This document shows positions 12,291 to 25,533 of a DNA stretch of 62,438 nt, piece after piece. A program made the translations under genes and the position numbers. Position 1 is the stretch's first letter; the number at the start of each line of letters is the position of its first letter. The notes beneath the pieces were generated by a model. That model was not told the origin of the DNA. It worked only from the letters and a program-made list of their open reading frames with translations, and searched no databases. The stretch comes from Aplysia californica (Eukaryota): positions 494,894-557,331 of the forward strand of contig NW_004797788.1 in assembly GCF_000002075.1 (NCBI RefSeq), read 5' to 3'.

Positions 12291-15172
12291 AAGGAAATTT
12301 CAAAACTGAGTTAACATTATTGTAAAAAACTATCACCTTTTCTCAACAATTTAAAAAAAGAATGAGGTAAATATGACAATATTTGACAAAAATACAGAAC
12401 TTTTAATTGTGCAAGGTGAGGAAACAGGAAAAGGAGAAAATGGCCTCCGAAGCTGAGCAACATGTTTCCATAGCAATGGGGGTCTTAGAATTGAGATAGA
12501 GACTTGAAATTTAGCATTTATCTTGGCTATGCTACTACAAGGTAACGTACAGAGTAGAAAACTATTCATTCACTGAGAAAAAACTTAAGGACAAAACAAA
12601 ATTTTCAAGAGAATGGGACTTCACTTCAAATGCAACAAAATGTCAGCATTATACTAGGTAACAGATGCTAAATTTTCAAAGTTGCTGTATATCAAATTCA
12701 TCTTTTTCAAATGAAAGGCCTATGTCTCCTGAGAATTTCGGTATCATACTTTTACCTCTCAGTCAATGTTTAAGAGAATGGCAGCTTTTTCAATTTAACA
12801 TAATAATCAAATATTGCGGAAGTCGCCAACAGGTTGTAACCCCATGTTTGACAGATAATTAAAGAGTACCAAGTTCACCAAATATCTACATCAACAGAGT
12901 ACAATCACTATAACAAAGAAATGAAACCTAATTGTTTTCAAGACTGTGACATCATTACAAATCATTTTATTGCCTCAAACACGTTGATCTGTCGTTATTT
13001 TAATAAAAACACCAAGCTTTGTCACAGGCGGCGTCGAACTGGCCCCCTCAGCAAGCTAGTCGACTTAATACTGTAGTATACTGAGAATTCCCGGTAGTTT
13101 CGCTGAAAGATTCATACGAAATATTTCCAAGCCAAAGACTTTATTGTAATAGAAGAAGAACTGTTCTTTCTATTGGTACTTTTTTTAGCCGTTATTTTAC
13201 ACAGTTCGTGTTAAAAATGATCTTTGAAAACTAAAGACGTTCTTTAAAGGTTTTCTATCCAAACGCCAAAGGCCAAAAATAATAACCGCGGGAAACCACG
13301 TTCAAAGCTGTATAGTTCTCCGCCAATGAAAAGATGGTATTTAATCATCAATCTTTCTGCAAGACATTCAAATGCATGGGTGTCAATTCCGACCGTGATG
13401 GGCTTCCCTTTCCACTGCGATTTTCCAGCTCCAAATAGTCGGATATACAAATAACTTACACTATTGTAACGAAGAAGATTTGAACTTTTTCAATGTGTTC
13501 AGCATTTGGTGTTTTATAGCAAAAGAGCAAAGAAACAGAGATCTGAATTACCCCTATTCCACCGAAACCACGCGCTCGGAAGGCCGCGAGTCGGCTTACG
13601 TGCAGTGTTAACGCTATGTAATTATAAGTTTGCAATAGCNNNNNNNNNNNNNNNNNNNNNNNNNNNNNNNNNNNNNNNNNNNNNNNNNNNNNNNNNNNNN
13701 NNNNNNNNNNNNNNNNNNNNNNNNNNNNNNNNNNNNNNNNNNNNNNNNNNNNNNNNNNNNNNNNNNNNNNNNNNNNNNNNNNNNNNNNNNNNNNNNNNNN
13801 NNNNNNNNNNNNNNNNGGTGGCCTCTTCGTAAAGAGTCCACTTTGAGAGATCTAGAGGAAAGTTAATTAATCTTTGAAAAGCACTAAAACACAATAACAA
13901 AATTTTTTAAAAGTCAAGCCAAGTGTAAAACTGGAAGATCAACAGACGATATCAGCTAGCAGGGCACACCCACACAGTCAGCTGTAATTTACTTAAACAA
14001 GCTTGAAGTGAACTAGAAGTTATCGTTTTTACTCCGTTTTACCAACCAGAGTTGTTTACATTTCAGACAATTCATGCTCGAAAAGGGGTCAAAATCTAAA
14101 AATAGTAGCGAATGAAGAACTTTGAAGCAAAGATTCTCCTATCTTTGGTTGAAGCAAAGGTGACCATGAGGTAATGGTTCTAAAAATAATTTCACAGCTA
14201 CGAACTAGCAAGGTCCAAATTCCTTTATCTCGTCACCCAAGCTCACAACAAACCACACACACCTCCAAAATAAATCAAAATAAAATATTTATAGTTGATT
14301 ATAGTTGTTTATTTTTATCTTAAATGAAGCAGAAGACATCAAACTTTCAATAGATCCCAAGAACGAAAATTTCATGGAAAGTCACTTTTTTGCCTTTCGA
14401 GCCTCGTAACTGATAATACCACATTGCATCTTACGACTGATATTGACCGGGGGAGACAGAATTATTATTACTATAAATCAAGTCTCAAACTTAAGGGGGT
14501 AAAAAAATCTGTTTTGTAGGCCAGTATGTTTAATAATAATGTTATATTGGGATCACCTGGATTCAGTGACGTTGAAGGTTGATACTGATGACTTTGTTTT
14601 ATCTGAGTTTCGCTGTAGTTAATATTTTTCTCCATTTTACATAGAGATGTTTTTACATCCTTGCTCTTTACTTGGGATGAAAAGGGAGTGGGATGAAGAG
14701 ATGGACTTCCCAACTATCATGGTGGATAGAGTTTTAGAAGTGCAATCAGATAAGTCTGTCTGACTGGGAGGGTAAAACATATCCTTTATTATTAAAAGCC
14801 AAAGTTATTCGAGATCACAACGGAATAGATATGAGCAGTGAAGTAAATGTTCTGAAACAGAGACTGATATCAAATACAACATATGTCGAAAGCATGGGAA
14901 GAAAGGTGTGATTACTTTTGTGCACCTTGCACATTTGGAAAGTCGATCGTCTCGGTTTGAAGGAAAAGAAAAAGAAAATTTGGCTGATACACTCGGAGGA
15001 TGCGTACTGTTGTATAATATGCAAATTCCGATTTAGTTGGCTGAGCTTATACTGTTCTTACTTTATTCCTGGATGGGAATTTCTCGTGTTTGTGTTACAG
15101 GTTTTTGAATTTTTAGAATAAATTTTCCCAGTAGATCATAGACATTTGTATTTAAAATGTGACAATTCTATA

Positions 15173-15602
15173 CACGGTGCACCGGCAGTGGAATTTTAGT
15201 TGCAGCGGGGGGTTCCCGCTGAGCGCCTTATCACGTCGGGGTCACGGGGGTCAGCTCCCTGTCGCCGCTCTGTCTGGGTTGACTTAATGTTTGGTGCTTT
15301 TCAACGTACAGTTTTAGATGTATCTTTGTATTTATGGTAATTATTATTTAATGCACCCAAAGCATGCATTTCTGCTCTTGAGACACAAAAAAGAAAGGAC
15401 ATTGTAACTTGTCTGGTTTTTGTTAGACGCGCTGATGTCCGCAGTGCTAAATTGCCAAATGTTTTCGACAAGTGTGAATGAAAAAAAAATCAATATAAAA
15501 AAACGGCACAACAAAAACTGTCGAACGTTTGGAACATGAATGACATAACATTGGTGCAGATACTCAGAAAGGTAACAGAATCGGGTGAAAAATGACACCG
15601 TG
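15173..15602. mobile_element. Candidate small TIR element
   Basis: TA|cacggtg ... caccgtg|TA; the TIR match is only 7 bp. Confidence 0.35.
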
Positions 15603-15648
15603 TATAGTGCATCACTTGGGCACATACTAATCATATTATTTTTTTTAT

Positions 15649-18600
15649 CGTCGGTCGCCTGATAAAACCGTGAATTCCACAAATTTTCAAAAATCGTTTT
15701 TTTGCATATTTTGATAGTGCTCGATGAGATACATGTCCCTGTAAAACTATTTTTCAATTATCTCAACTCAAACGTGTAATCTGACGTAATAAGAAAATCG
15801 TGAATAAACACTGTGCCCCAAAAATCGCCTGATGAAACTGTGAATCCCTCATATGTGTGGAATTTACGATCTCATCAGGCGGTTTATGACTCTCGGGGCT
15901 TACCGTTGGCGCCGTGAACGCCTCTTTAGACCTTTGAAATATGGCGACTGCGTTGAGCAAACACAATGGTCGGTCAGTATTCAGAGTTTCCAGGCCAAAG
16001 AGTATAATTTATGATGTCGACTGAATACGTTTTGCAGGAAAACCTCTCTATCACATGACTAAAACTGTTTGTTTCCTAGATGCAGGACTGGTATTGTTTC
16101 ACTACGACTGTCACATTCGAATGTGTAATGTGTGTAGCCTTTTGGTAGTAGGCTATACAATTTTGATCTTGCTTGTCTGAAAAAAAAATAAAAAAATTGA
16201 CGTAGTTAAGTATAAATTACAAGTATAATTTCGTGTTGTATCACAATCCAAACTTGTTTGACACTGAAAGTTCATTGATTTGACATCCGAGTTCCCTAAC
16301 GAGAAAAGGAATTTTGTGAAGCTGAGCAATGTGAACCACTTTTGACATCAAAGAGAGCTGCAGAAAAACCTCCAGGGAAATAATAGAAGAACCAGGCCTC
16401 CATGAAAAAAAAACAACATTTCATTCAAAGTACACGATGCCCTGGAACTGATCAAACTGATCAAANNNNNNNNNNNNNNNNNNNNNNNNNNNNNNNNNNN
16501 NNNNNNNNNNNNNNNNNNNNNNNNNNNNNNNNNNNNNNNNNNNNNNNNNNNNNNNNNNNNNNNNNNNNNNNNNNNNNNNNNNNNNNNNNNNNNNNNNNNN
16601 NNNNNNNNNNNNNNNNNNNNNNNNNNNNNNNNNNNNNNNNNNNNNNNNNNNNNNNNNNNNNNNNNNNNNNNNNNNNNNNNNNNNNNNNNNNNATCAAGAG
16701 ATAGGACTATTTAAAAAAAACAACTAATGAACTGAAACCCAAATGTGATTACTCAACCAAATGACTACTCACTATTAAAAGACAAAGTCAGAATATTATA
16801 ACTATCCTTGTCCTTGTTTTGACTTTGACATTGGGAGACTGAAAGACCTATGTAAAAGACCTATGTGAACGGTCTTCTCACCACGAAAGAGTGCAGTTTA
16901 AGCAAATGGATACACCAAGCTGAAAGACGTTTATTATCTGAAACAGAGTGACCAAAAGATCAAAGTTTGCAGGATGTTGATATTTATGACCAGGCTCATT
17001 TGCTCTAAAAGAGCCCAGGCCAGTTTCATCATCGCCTGGCTCACCTCATACGGACAAACACGTTACACTATTCCCTACCCTGGGTTTACTTCTTCATTAA
17101 AAAAAAAATGTCTTTCCACTTTTCTGTTCATCATTCTCTGTGACTTTTCTACAGGTTCCACATGGCCTTCTCTTGTTCGTTTAACCCGTGGACTCCAAGT
17201 TAAAACTTTCTTTGTTATGTAGCAGCCTGGATTCCAGATGGCATGCTCAGTCCAATCCATCTCCACTGCTTTCTTCTGTCTGAAAATTTTCTGCTTAATA
17301 CTTCCTCATTGGTGTCTGTCCATCTGATCGTGAGGAACTTCCTCGGGTACTTGTTGATGACACCACTTTGTAGAGAGTGCTTTAGAAGAGCCCTATCTAG
17401 CTGCATCACCAAACAATCCACAAGGGTCGTGCAAGCCAAGGAGTTTCTGTTCACATCTGTGGACATGCTTCCGAAGGTTCCCTCCCACTATTGCCAGCAA
17501 AGCTCTGGAAAACTGAATCTTGATACCTGATTCTGTAATCTGTCGGAGCTTCTTTGGTTTTACGAAATAGCCTTCACAGGTCAGGGACAATCTGCATACT
17601 ACTCAAATATGTGCTAGATGAAGAGAACATGTCGATTTATGAGCCAAAAAAGATCAATGTGAATTATGTGTGAGTTTTGAGTCTTGACAACGTCAGCCAG
17701 ACAAAGTGGGAATCTCTCATGTCAGAAAAGAAAAGGACAAAAAAAGGGCACGCCATAGATAGAACCTTTGCTCTTGGGCAAGAAGACATTGGGATGATTT
17801 ACATGAATCTTCAGGATGTACTTTTGGCACTGTCTATCAATTCTTCCAGCTCTTGTTTCAAAAGCATGCATTTGATGCACATAATCTTCAATGCGACCTC
17901 GTATGATGCCTTCTATTACTTATGACACAAGGCACAAGGTAGTTTGACTGCAAATGAATTCACAAGTTGTTTAATGGACTTTTTCAACGTGCAGAAATGC
18001 ATGGAAGATTATATTATTATACAGCTACAGCTGTGTGTATGTGTGTGTGTGTGTGTGTGTGGGGGGGGGGGTTATCAGCACAAAATTGCGTCTATTTATA
18101 ATGCCATGGGTGCCTTTTCAACTAAAACAAACACACAAATTGAATGCAAAATCTTATTAGAGGCCACACTCAAATGCAAGTAGAAAGTATGCACGGCGTC
18201 TTTGAGTGACGGCTTTAAATAAAACACACAAATATACAGCCTACTAGATTATGTTGCCATTTTCAGAACTGAAATTTGTAATTATATCAACGAAGACCCT
18301 ATAAAGGGAAATTTGAGGATCACATTTTCCTCCATGATTTTGCCAAAATTTGCAGTCCATAAAACTGTCAGGTCGGGTAGACAAAAAGAAGACCAAACTG
18401 TTAATGCAATAGAAAGCCTCCGATATACATCATAAGGAGAAATCCTTTGCCAACTGAACTCTAACAAAGAGTGGGAGTGTCTTCTAAAGTCAAGAGACAA
18501 GGAAAAATTAAAAAAGTTCCCCACCACTGTTTCATTCTCCTTTAAAAATTGCAAAGAGTTATTTTCAGAATCTGAGAGACAAACAGTAAGATCATGAAAG

Positions 18601-19319
18601 ATGATCATTCAGTCATTCACGGGGTATAGAAGTTTGATACAAAACAAGTTCTCAACCAATCCAACCTGCCCCCCCCCCCTTTCAGCCCAATAAAAAAAAG
18701 ACATACACTTACACACGACTGGAAAAAAAAGAATAGAGAGAGAGAGAGACAGAGACAGAGACAAAGAGAGACAGACAGAGAGACAGAGGAGAGACAGAGA
18801 GAGAGAGCAGTCAAATGAAGGAGTATGATTTCATAAATTACATACAATTTCCCATTCATGTAATAATGATAGATGTTTATAGTGGTAAAGTAATGAATAG
18901 CTTTCTGTTTCTCTCAGTCTGTAATTTCATACTCAGTTTTAAATTGGGCTTTTAAAATCTTTTGTATAACAGTATTCCGTGCTTTCATTTATTTTTAAAC
19001 ACACAAGAGCCTCTAATAAGAGAAAACACGCTTCCTAATAACCGTGAATACAACATCACGTTTCATAAAGCCTACTGATGAAATCGTGAATTCCACACAG
19101 TTCACGACCGCTTCAGGCGAGGTTTGAATCTATGAAAATCGTGAATCCCACACTTTTTCGAAAAAATGACCATCTATGGTAAAAAATGTAGGCCCTGCTA
19201 CAGTAGATTTATCCATTTAGTTTATGTCTTGAACGCCAAATGAAAGAGGAATGCAGTTTTTTCCCTCTTCTGTAAAATTTGCTTCGTGTGGAATTTACTA
19301 TTTCATCAGGCGACTGACG
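15649..19319 (+). mobile_element. Decayed Sola1 DNA transposon with both TIRs
   Basis: TIRs cgtcggtcgcctgataaaaccgtgaattccaca / tgtggaatttactatttcatcaggcgactgacg; flanks ttat/atat. Transposase remnants LPKVPSHYCQQSSGKLNL, PKKDQCELC, NLQDVL, ANEFTSCL, GHTQMQVESMH. Confidence 0.82.
17010..17400 (-). mobile_element. RTE-X-like LINE fragment nested in Sola1
   Basis: RKFLTIRWTDTNEEVLSR...RRKQWRWIG motif. Confidence 0.65.
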
Positions 19320-19328
19320 ATATGCTTA

Positions 19329-19511
19329 AGCTGTCCCCATCGTTTTATGCAAGAAAAATTCTGAAATTATGCAAACTGAGCCCAAAAATGTGAAATTATG
19401 CGATTCTGTGAATTTTAACAAAGAATGATGACGGAAAATAATTAGAAATTATGCAAAAAATGATCAAATTTTGCTAAATTATGCGGGGTGCATAAAACCA
19501 TGGGGACAGCT
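19329..19511. mobile_element. 183-bp MITE; partial inverted copy at about 40008-40175
   Basis: TIRs agctgtccccatcgttttatgca / tgcataaaaccatggggacagct in a ttaa context. Confidence 0.82.
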
Positions 19512-19909
19512 TAAGGCTTTTGCGACAGGAAAATAGATGAAAAATTATATGGCTTTCAAATAATGATAATAGTATAATAAAGTTACTAATTTAAGAAAAT
19601 AAGAAATGTGTTTGCAAGATATGCTGTTCATTCCAAACATGAAAAAAAATTCTCCCACTGTAACAATTTACTGAAATGCTTTTGTTTTTAAGTCTGCTCA
19701 AAACATAGTTCAATTTAAATGTCTTTAAAAAAAAGTAAAGAAAATTATTAGACCCTCTCTGGTTTTCATCTTTCCTGGGGTTTTTTCTATTTGATTACAC
19801 AGGTTTTAATTTAATTACATTCACACCGAAAAAAATGTAATAAAGTTACTTTTCAGCAAAAAGAAATTAGTAACCCAGACTTGCACGATTATTTTACTTT
19901 ATCTTCCAG

Positions 19910-20003
19910 GCTTTCAAGGCTGAAATGAACAAGCGCAAGAAGACTTCATCTTTCCTTTCTTGGGCTAAGTGTAAGGAAATGTTTCAGAGCATTTTCTTTG
20001 AAA
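19910..20003 (+). CDS. PARP14-like gene exon, end of macrodomain B and linker
   Basis: atcttccag| ... GAA A|gtaagt, phase 0 to 1. AFKAEMNKRKKTSSFLSWAKCKEMFQSIFFE resembles the segment after PARP14 macro3 (recalled as FYANMKKRE...SKLASFLGF). Confidence 0.72.
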
Positions 20004-20469
20004 GTAAGTCATGTTCCATAAACTCAAAGGAATGTTTTTGTTATAATGCCATTCACAAAATCTTGTGACAAAGCCAAAGTAGTGATTATTTCAAGTAGGC
20101 CTAGCTTGTCTTGCATAAGTAAAAGGCCTGAATTATAATGAGCATGAAGAGTATTTGAGTAGATCAGAAGTCATAAAAGGAACAGTAGCTCGGTTGTTGT
20201 TTTTACTGGTGTTGTTATTTATCCAGTAGCAACTAAGTTTTTACATTTTTGCTTGATTCAGTACAGTAGAATGTGCTGCTTCAGTTGTTTTGATTGCTGT
20301 GATGGAAGTTATACAGTGGTCAAGAAATGGGTAATTACAGCTTAACTCTATGCTGGTCAAAATTTTGAAGGGACTAGTCTTGTCCTACACAAAGTGATTA
20401 CTGTTTGTTCCCCTCTGCTTAGGTCGTCAGTAGTGTCTTTCTTGTTTGAATTGTTCATTTGAACATGTA

Positions 20470-21519
20470 CAGTCAAGCGCGGATATCACAAACACGTCAG
20501 GGATTGACAAATGTGTTCAACACATCCATAATTCGAGTAAATGTGAAAACGAAAAATCAAGGGAAGTAAATTTGACAGTATAAAAGTAGGAAAATCCATC
20601 ACTGCCATCATAGAAAGTCACTGTCACTGATAATATTATAGAATGATACATAGTAGAATGTGTTAAGTAAGAGATAGGAAGAGGGTGATGTTGATGAACC
20701 TCACAACTAAAAAAAAAATTGCTGTTATGTCAGATCATGATGACTAAGATATGTAACCAACTCTGGTCGAAGGAGCACAGAACACGCAACCACCTCTGTG
20801 TTGTATTACTTCCTGATCCACACACACACACACCTTGTATCTTTTTCCGTTTTTTTTCATACACTTGCAAAGGAAAGGGGAGAGGTAAGAAAGATGTTTT
20901 GTTTACTCATTGAAAAACTTTACAAGGTTTGTTTTAGGTGAGATGTGATGCTCTGCTCATTTTCCGTTTTTTTTTCCAAAATCATTTGGCGTCCCTGGTC
21001 TTTGATCACACACTATCACCCAGCCCCCAGGCTCTCATGATTAGAGTTGAGGAAGCTCTAGGGTCTAATGCACACTACAGATAATGATCCTTAAAACTGA
21101 AAAAAAAAATTTGCTCTTAATCCTCTATGTCAGATCATGATGATTAAGATACTAACTTGCTTTTGTAAGTCTTGATACCGGCAGGTGGGTCTCATCCTGA
21201 TGGCTCATCGTATAACCTGATATTCTCAATCCTCTTTAATGATGGGTGTGTGTGTGTGTGTGCGTGTTTTCCATTGTGGCAGCGCAATTTGAATTTGAGA
21301 AAAGTGTGGGGAATGATTTGATTGGGGTTTTGGAGATGAGCTGTTCAACACATCCATGTGGGTGTTTGAGATAACAGTGTTGCCAACAGTCGACTCCGCT
21401 TGTGTTTGAACTCGCTTAAGTTGATCTTCGGTTAAGTTGATCTTTTTCTCCAGTTCCAGCACCTCATCTTCTTTACAAGTCCCAACAGTTAGGTTGAACT
21501 TCGGATGAGTAGTCGACTG
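20470..21519. mobile_element. Tigger-like non-autonomous relic
   Basis: TA|cagtcaagcgcggatatc ... ggatgagtagtcgactg|TA; similar ends at about 35594 and 56295-56363. Confidence 0.4.
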
Positions 21520-22906
21520 TACAAAGAAATTATAGAGGTTCAGTCAAGGAATAAAAGATAAGATACATCTTTATTGTCCAGATTCTGGAACATGGGTTTG
21601 GTGTTTCACCATGTACATACATGAGCACACACGAAAACACGCACACACACACACACACACACACCCCCTAAACACTCACACACACACACACACACACAAA
21701 CATGCCCTCACTTGCATAAGTGCGCAATGTGCACGCCCATATACACACACACTCTTCCCCCACACATCCTCTCTTCCACACACATCTGTGCTCTTAACCA
21801 CAAAAATATATAATAGTATGCTTGCACTCGTAAACAGACCCACAGTCACATGCATAATATAAATGAACAGTAATATAAACAATAGTAATGTTTGACATAT
21901 GGTTCAAGCTATTCATGAATTCCAAGTTTTCTGTGTTGTAGTTCTCTGTGCTCAACTGTACTCATGCTTATTCTAGAGATCTTGTTCCCATTTTGGTCCG
22001 CCATTTCTCTCTCAGGTTTGATGTAGTTTTCTTGGGTGTCATGTCATGAAATGTAAGGCATGCTGACAAAATTACATTACTTCTCACAATCCACAAATGG
22101 AGATATTGGCCAAAAATCGCCACTAGGGTGAAATTTGTAGATTTTCTATTCATGCCATATATTCTAAGTATAACAGGTCTTTTATTGTTTCATACTAATA
22201 AATTGTAAAAACTTCACCTAAAAGCGTGATGTATCTATTTCCATAGGGCTCAAATCCGAGAAGCAACTCATTTTGTCAGCACACTTCGCAGAAAAAAACT
22301 TATGCCCCAAGTAGATATATATATTAATGTTTGACTTAATCATCTCAGGTCCATGTCTTTAATCTTTTCTTAATTTTTTTTTATCCTTCTATCCATAGCC
22401 ACTTATTGGGATGTTTAGGCGGAACTAGTTGCTAGCCCAACCATGCATGCTACAGGCTTGGTCATTGACTTAAAGGTCATATTTTGTCCTGGGAAGCTGT
22501 GTACAAACTTGGCTTTTGTTTGGTTTATATTTTTACACATTTTATCTCAGTTGCTTTGGAAATTTGGAGCTTTCTTCCAAATGTTTTATTTCTTTTCACA
22601 TTCCAGAATAACAATTTGTTGTTAAATAGGTCAAAGTCCTTGCTAAAGATTTATTAAATTCACTTCTTAGAAACTACTGAGTGAGCTTGGAAAATGGAAC
22701 TCAGACTGAACTCACCTGTGTTTCCTNNNNNNNNNNNNNNNNNNNNNNNNNNNNNNNNNNNNNNNNNNNNNNNNNNNNNNNNNNNNNNNNNNNNNNNNNN
22801 NNNNNNNNNNNNNNNNNNNNNNNNNNNNNNNNNNNNNNNNNNNNNNNNNNNNNNNNNNNNNNNNNNNNNNNNNNNNNNNNNNNNNNNNNNNNNNTTTTGT
22901 TTTCAG

Positions 22907-23010
22907 AGCCAGAAAAAACAAAGGACACCGAGTTGGAAATGGTCATCCAGCTTGTTGGTGTGAAAAAGGATCTACCTCGTGCTATTCAAAAGCTGAAAGA
23001 ATTGCTGAAG
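22907..23010 (+). CDS. PARP14-like gene exon, post-macro KH-like segment
   Basis: ttttcag| ... AAG|gtacag, phase 1 to 0. KPEKTKDTELEMVIQLVGVKKDLPRAIQKLKELLK resembles the PARP14 post-macro strand-helix (recalled as FRVCGENVTCVEYAISWLQDLI). Confidence 0.75.
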
Positions 23011-23321
23011 GTACAGTCTGAAATCTATTTTGTTAACTCTTGTACTGTCAGTGGTAAACTTGCACTTGTTAGGGTAAAATCTAAGGAACAAGGATGCACC
23101 TTTAGATGTTAGAAATGAGTGCATGTGATAGATACAAAACCAGAAAATTATGTATATGGAATGCTCTTTGAAAAAGCTATAACATATGCTGAAAAAAATT
23201 TACGATTTCGACATTTCTCCCCTAAAATCTGCCGGAAATCTCGGAAACTGCTGACAACCCGACGAAGCCATTTTTACTGACTTGCAGAGTCACGGTCGCC
23301 AGCGGTTCTAAGTTAAATAAC

Positions 23322-23589
23322 TTACTACCCATTACGCCATCTGGCATTTAGGGCAGCAACAAAGGATCTCCAGCTCTGTCTGTTTTGGGCCATCTTGATC
23401 AGCGTTCCCCACGAATGATTCCAGGACTTCATTTCAGATTCAACTGTCCGTCTCCAGGTCACTTTGGGTCTGCCCATTTTGGGACGTCCTTTGGGTGTCC
23501 AGTGGAGGGCAGTCTTCACAACAGAGTCTGGTGCTCTTCTCAGAACATGTCCAATCCATCTCCATCTTCTCCTTTTTATTACGGTGGTC
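23322..23589 (-). mobile_element. 5'-truncated RTE-X LINE insertion with 12-bp TSD
   Basis: IKRRRWRWIGHVLRRAPDSVVKTALHWTPKGRPKMGRPKVTWRRTVESE is intact; aagttaaataac is duplicated at 23310-23321 and 23590-23601. Confidence 0.9.
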
Positions 23590-24477
23590 AAGTTAAATAA
23601 CAATCTTTTTTAGTCCTCTGGCTCAAAAAGAGTTCTGATACTACAGGTGGTCCTTCTTTTTTTAAAATGAGTGCACGTTCATTCAGCGTCACCATTTTGG
23701 GGGTTCGTGTAGACCGTTTTTGGAAACAGCCGATTTAATTGGTAGTAACAGTGTGGTGAGATAGGTACTTGCCAGTAATAGAGTTAAGGAATGACACTGA
23801 CATTAGGAAATAACTTTGTAGGCTCATGGGAATAACACCACTTCAGACTTCCTTAAAAACTGAGCTAATGGTGTTGTAGCAATTTACAGACATTTCTTAA
23901 CTTTTGTCAGTTTATTTGAAGTAAAAAATGTTATGGGTAGTTTTTTGTCTTTATGGCTTGGACATGTTAAAGTTGGTACAGTGAGCCCCACTTATGACAG
24001 TCTCAGCTATAACAGGATTTTGGCTATACAAGCTTATAAAAAATCCGCAGGTCCTATCTCTTATAATATAAAGTAAAAAAGTTAGTTTATAACAGGAATT
24101 CAGACAGACATGCTCGGCTATACAAGTGGTGCAACCATTGACCTAATCTTAAAACAAACAGATAAGAAAGGAGAAGAAAAGCAAATCAAGCAACCCCCCC
24201 CCCAGCCAACATTGATGACGGATTGTTCCTTCTACTTTCCTATGTGACTCACAGTAGGGCTAAGTTGATTGAGTACCCGTTTTATGATGTATCATCTTGT
24301 GTGTGCAGGGGAGGGAGGGATTCGGGAAAGCTGGATGAACTCTGGTATTGATGCAAATCCTGTCATTGACTTAGCGTGACCTTGGTCTTGCTCATTGTCA
24401 TATTATTATAGTGTTAGCCCTCACATGTTTCAAGGAAGTTCTAACCCCTTCTACAAGTAATTTTTCTTTTTTTGGTA

Positions 24478-24995
24478 AGTATTTTATAGCACTCTCCACT
24501 GCATAAGGTCATATGAGCGCGTGGGACACACCAAACATTTTCAATTGGTAGGAAATTTTGAATTTTGCCCGGGTGGCAGCTGAAGCCCACTCTTATCGAT
24601 TTTGGACCACAAAGGGATCTTTAATGTGCACAACTTGCCTACTGGACCTCCAAGATTTTTCGCCCTTTTCCGAGAAGGCTAGATGTAGATCTTTCCTATC
24701 AGAAGATCAGGGGTGTGGCCAAAAGACAGCAGTGAGAAGGAGCCAAGGAATAGCAGTAGAAAGGCTGCATGCAGAAAGGGTCAGGAGCCCAGTGGAGGGG
24801 GCAAAGGAGGGGTGGGGGTGGGGGAAGAAAGTGGAGAAGAAAGCAAATGACAAAATATTGCAAGAGAGAAGGAAAGAAGGTGAAAGGAGACAATGTTAGA
24901 GAAGAAAATTTTTCCCGTTGCTTCCCGGATTCGAACCTGGGACCTTTGAATGAGAGGCGAACTCCTTAACCTCTAGGCAGGCCACGAGAGCCGCC
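24478..24995 (-). mobile_element. tRNA-derived SINE (family B), near full length
   Basis: Head with A box and B box (ggttcgaatcc), body and A-rich tail; other copies at 28592-30758 (split) and 47025-47100 (tail only). Confidence 0.8.
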
Positions 24996-25533
24996 TACAG
25001 GTAATGATTGATGTCGTGTGTTGATTCCAATTCCAGTTCCAGCAGTGAGTTTATCACACTTTGTGGGGGCGACCATGGTGAACTCATCTAACCCAGTCTC
25101 TCGATGATGATGGGTTTGTTATTGCTTTCCATCATGCACGCAGGGCGACTTGAATTATAGATAATTGTGAGAAAAAACTTTATGGCGTTTTTCAAGAAGA
25201 GCTGTGTGACAAATCCGTGCATGGGTGTTTTAGGAAATACTGTTGCCAATATAAAAAAAATAGTCTNNNNNNNNNNNNNNNNNNNNNNNNNNNNNNNNNN
25301 NNNNNNNNNNNNNNNNNNNNNNNNNNNNNNNNNNNNNNNNNNNNNNNNNNNNNNNNNNNNNNNNNNNNNNNNNNNNNNNNNNNNNNNNNNNNNNNNNNNN
25401 NNNNNNNNNNNNNNTGATGATTATTATTATTAATGTTATTGTCATTTTTGTTCTTATATATTATTATTTATTATTGTTATAATAAGGTTTGAATGGATTG
25501 ATAGAACAAAGTTGGATTGTGTACTGTCTCCAG

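Noticed and set aside
13506-13900. X-rich ORFs here and at the other N gaps, and HT/CV/RE-repeat ORFs
   Set aside because: Artefacts of assembly gaps and microsatellites.
15173-15602. RSS/Transib-like CACGGTG heptamer ends near a Chapaev-like transposase (RAG-like system)
   Set aside because: No nonamer, no 5-bp TSD (flanks are TA), no RAG/Transib coding sequence, and the nearby transposase is decayed.
19970-22908. Apparent TAG at a splice junction (pseudogene or missing exon)
   Set aside because: Using the stronger gtaagt donor after 20003 gives A|AG (Lys) and keeps the frame.
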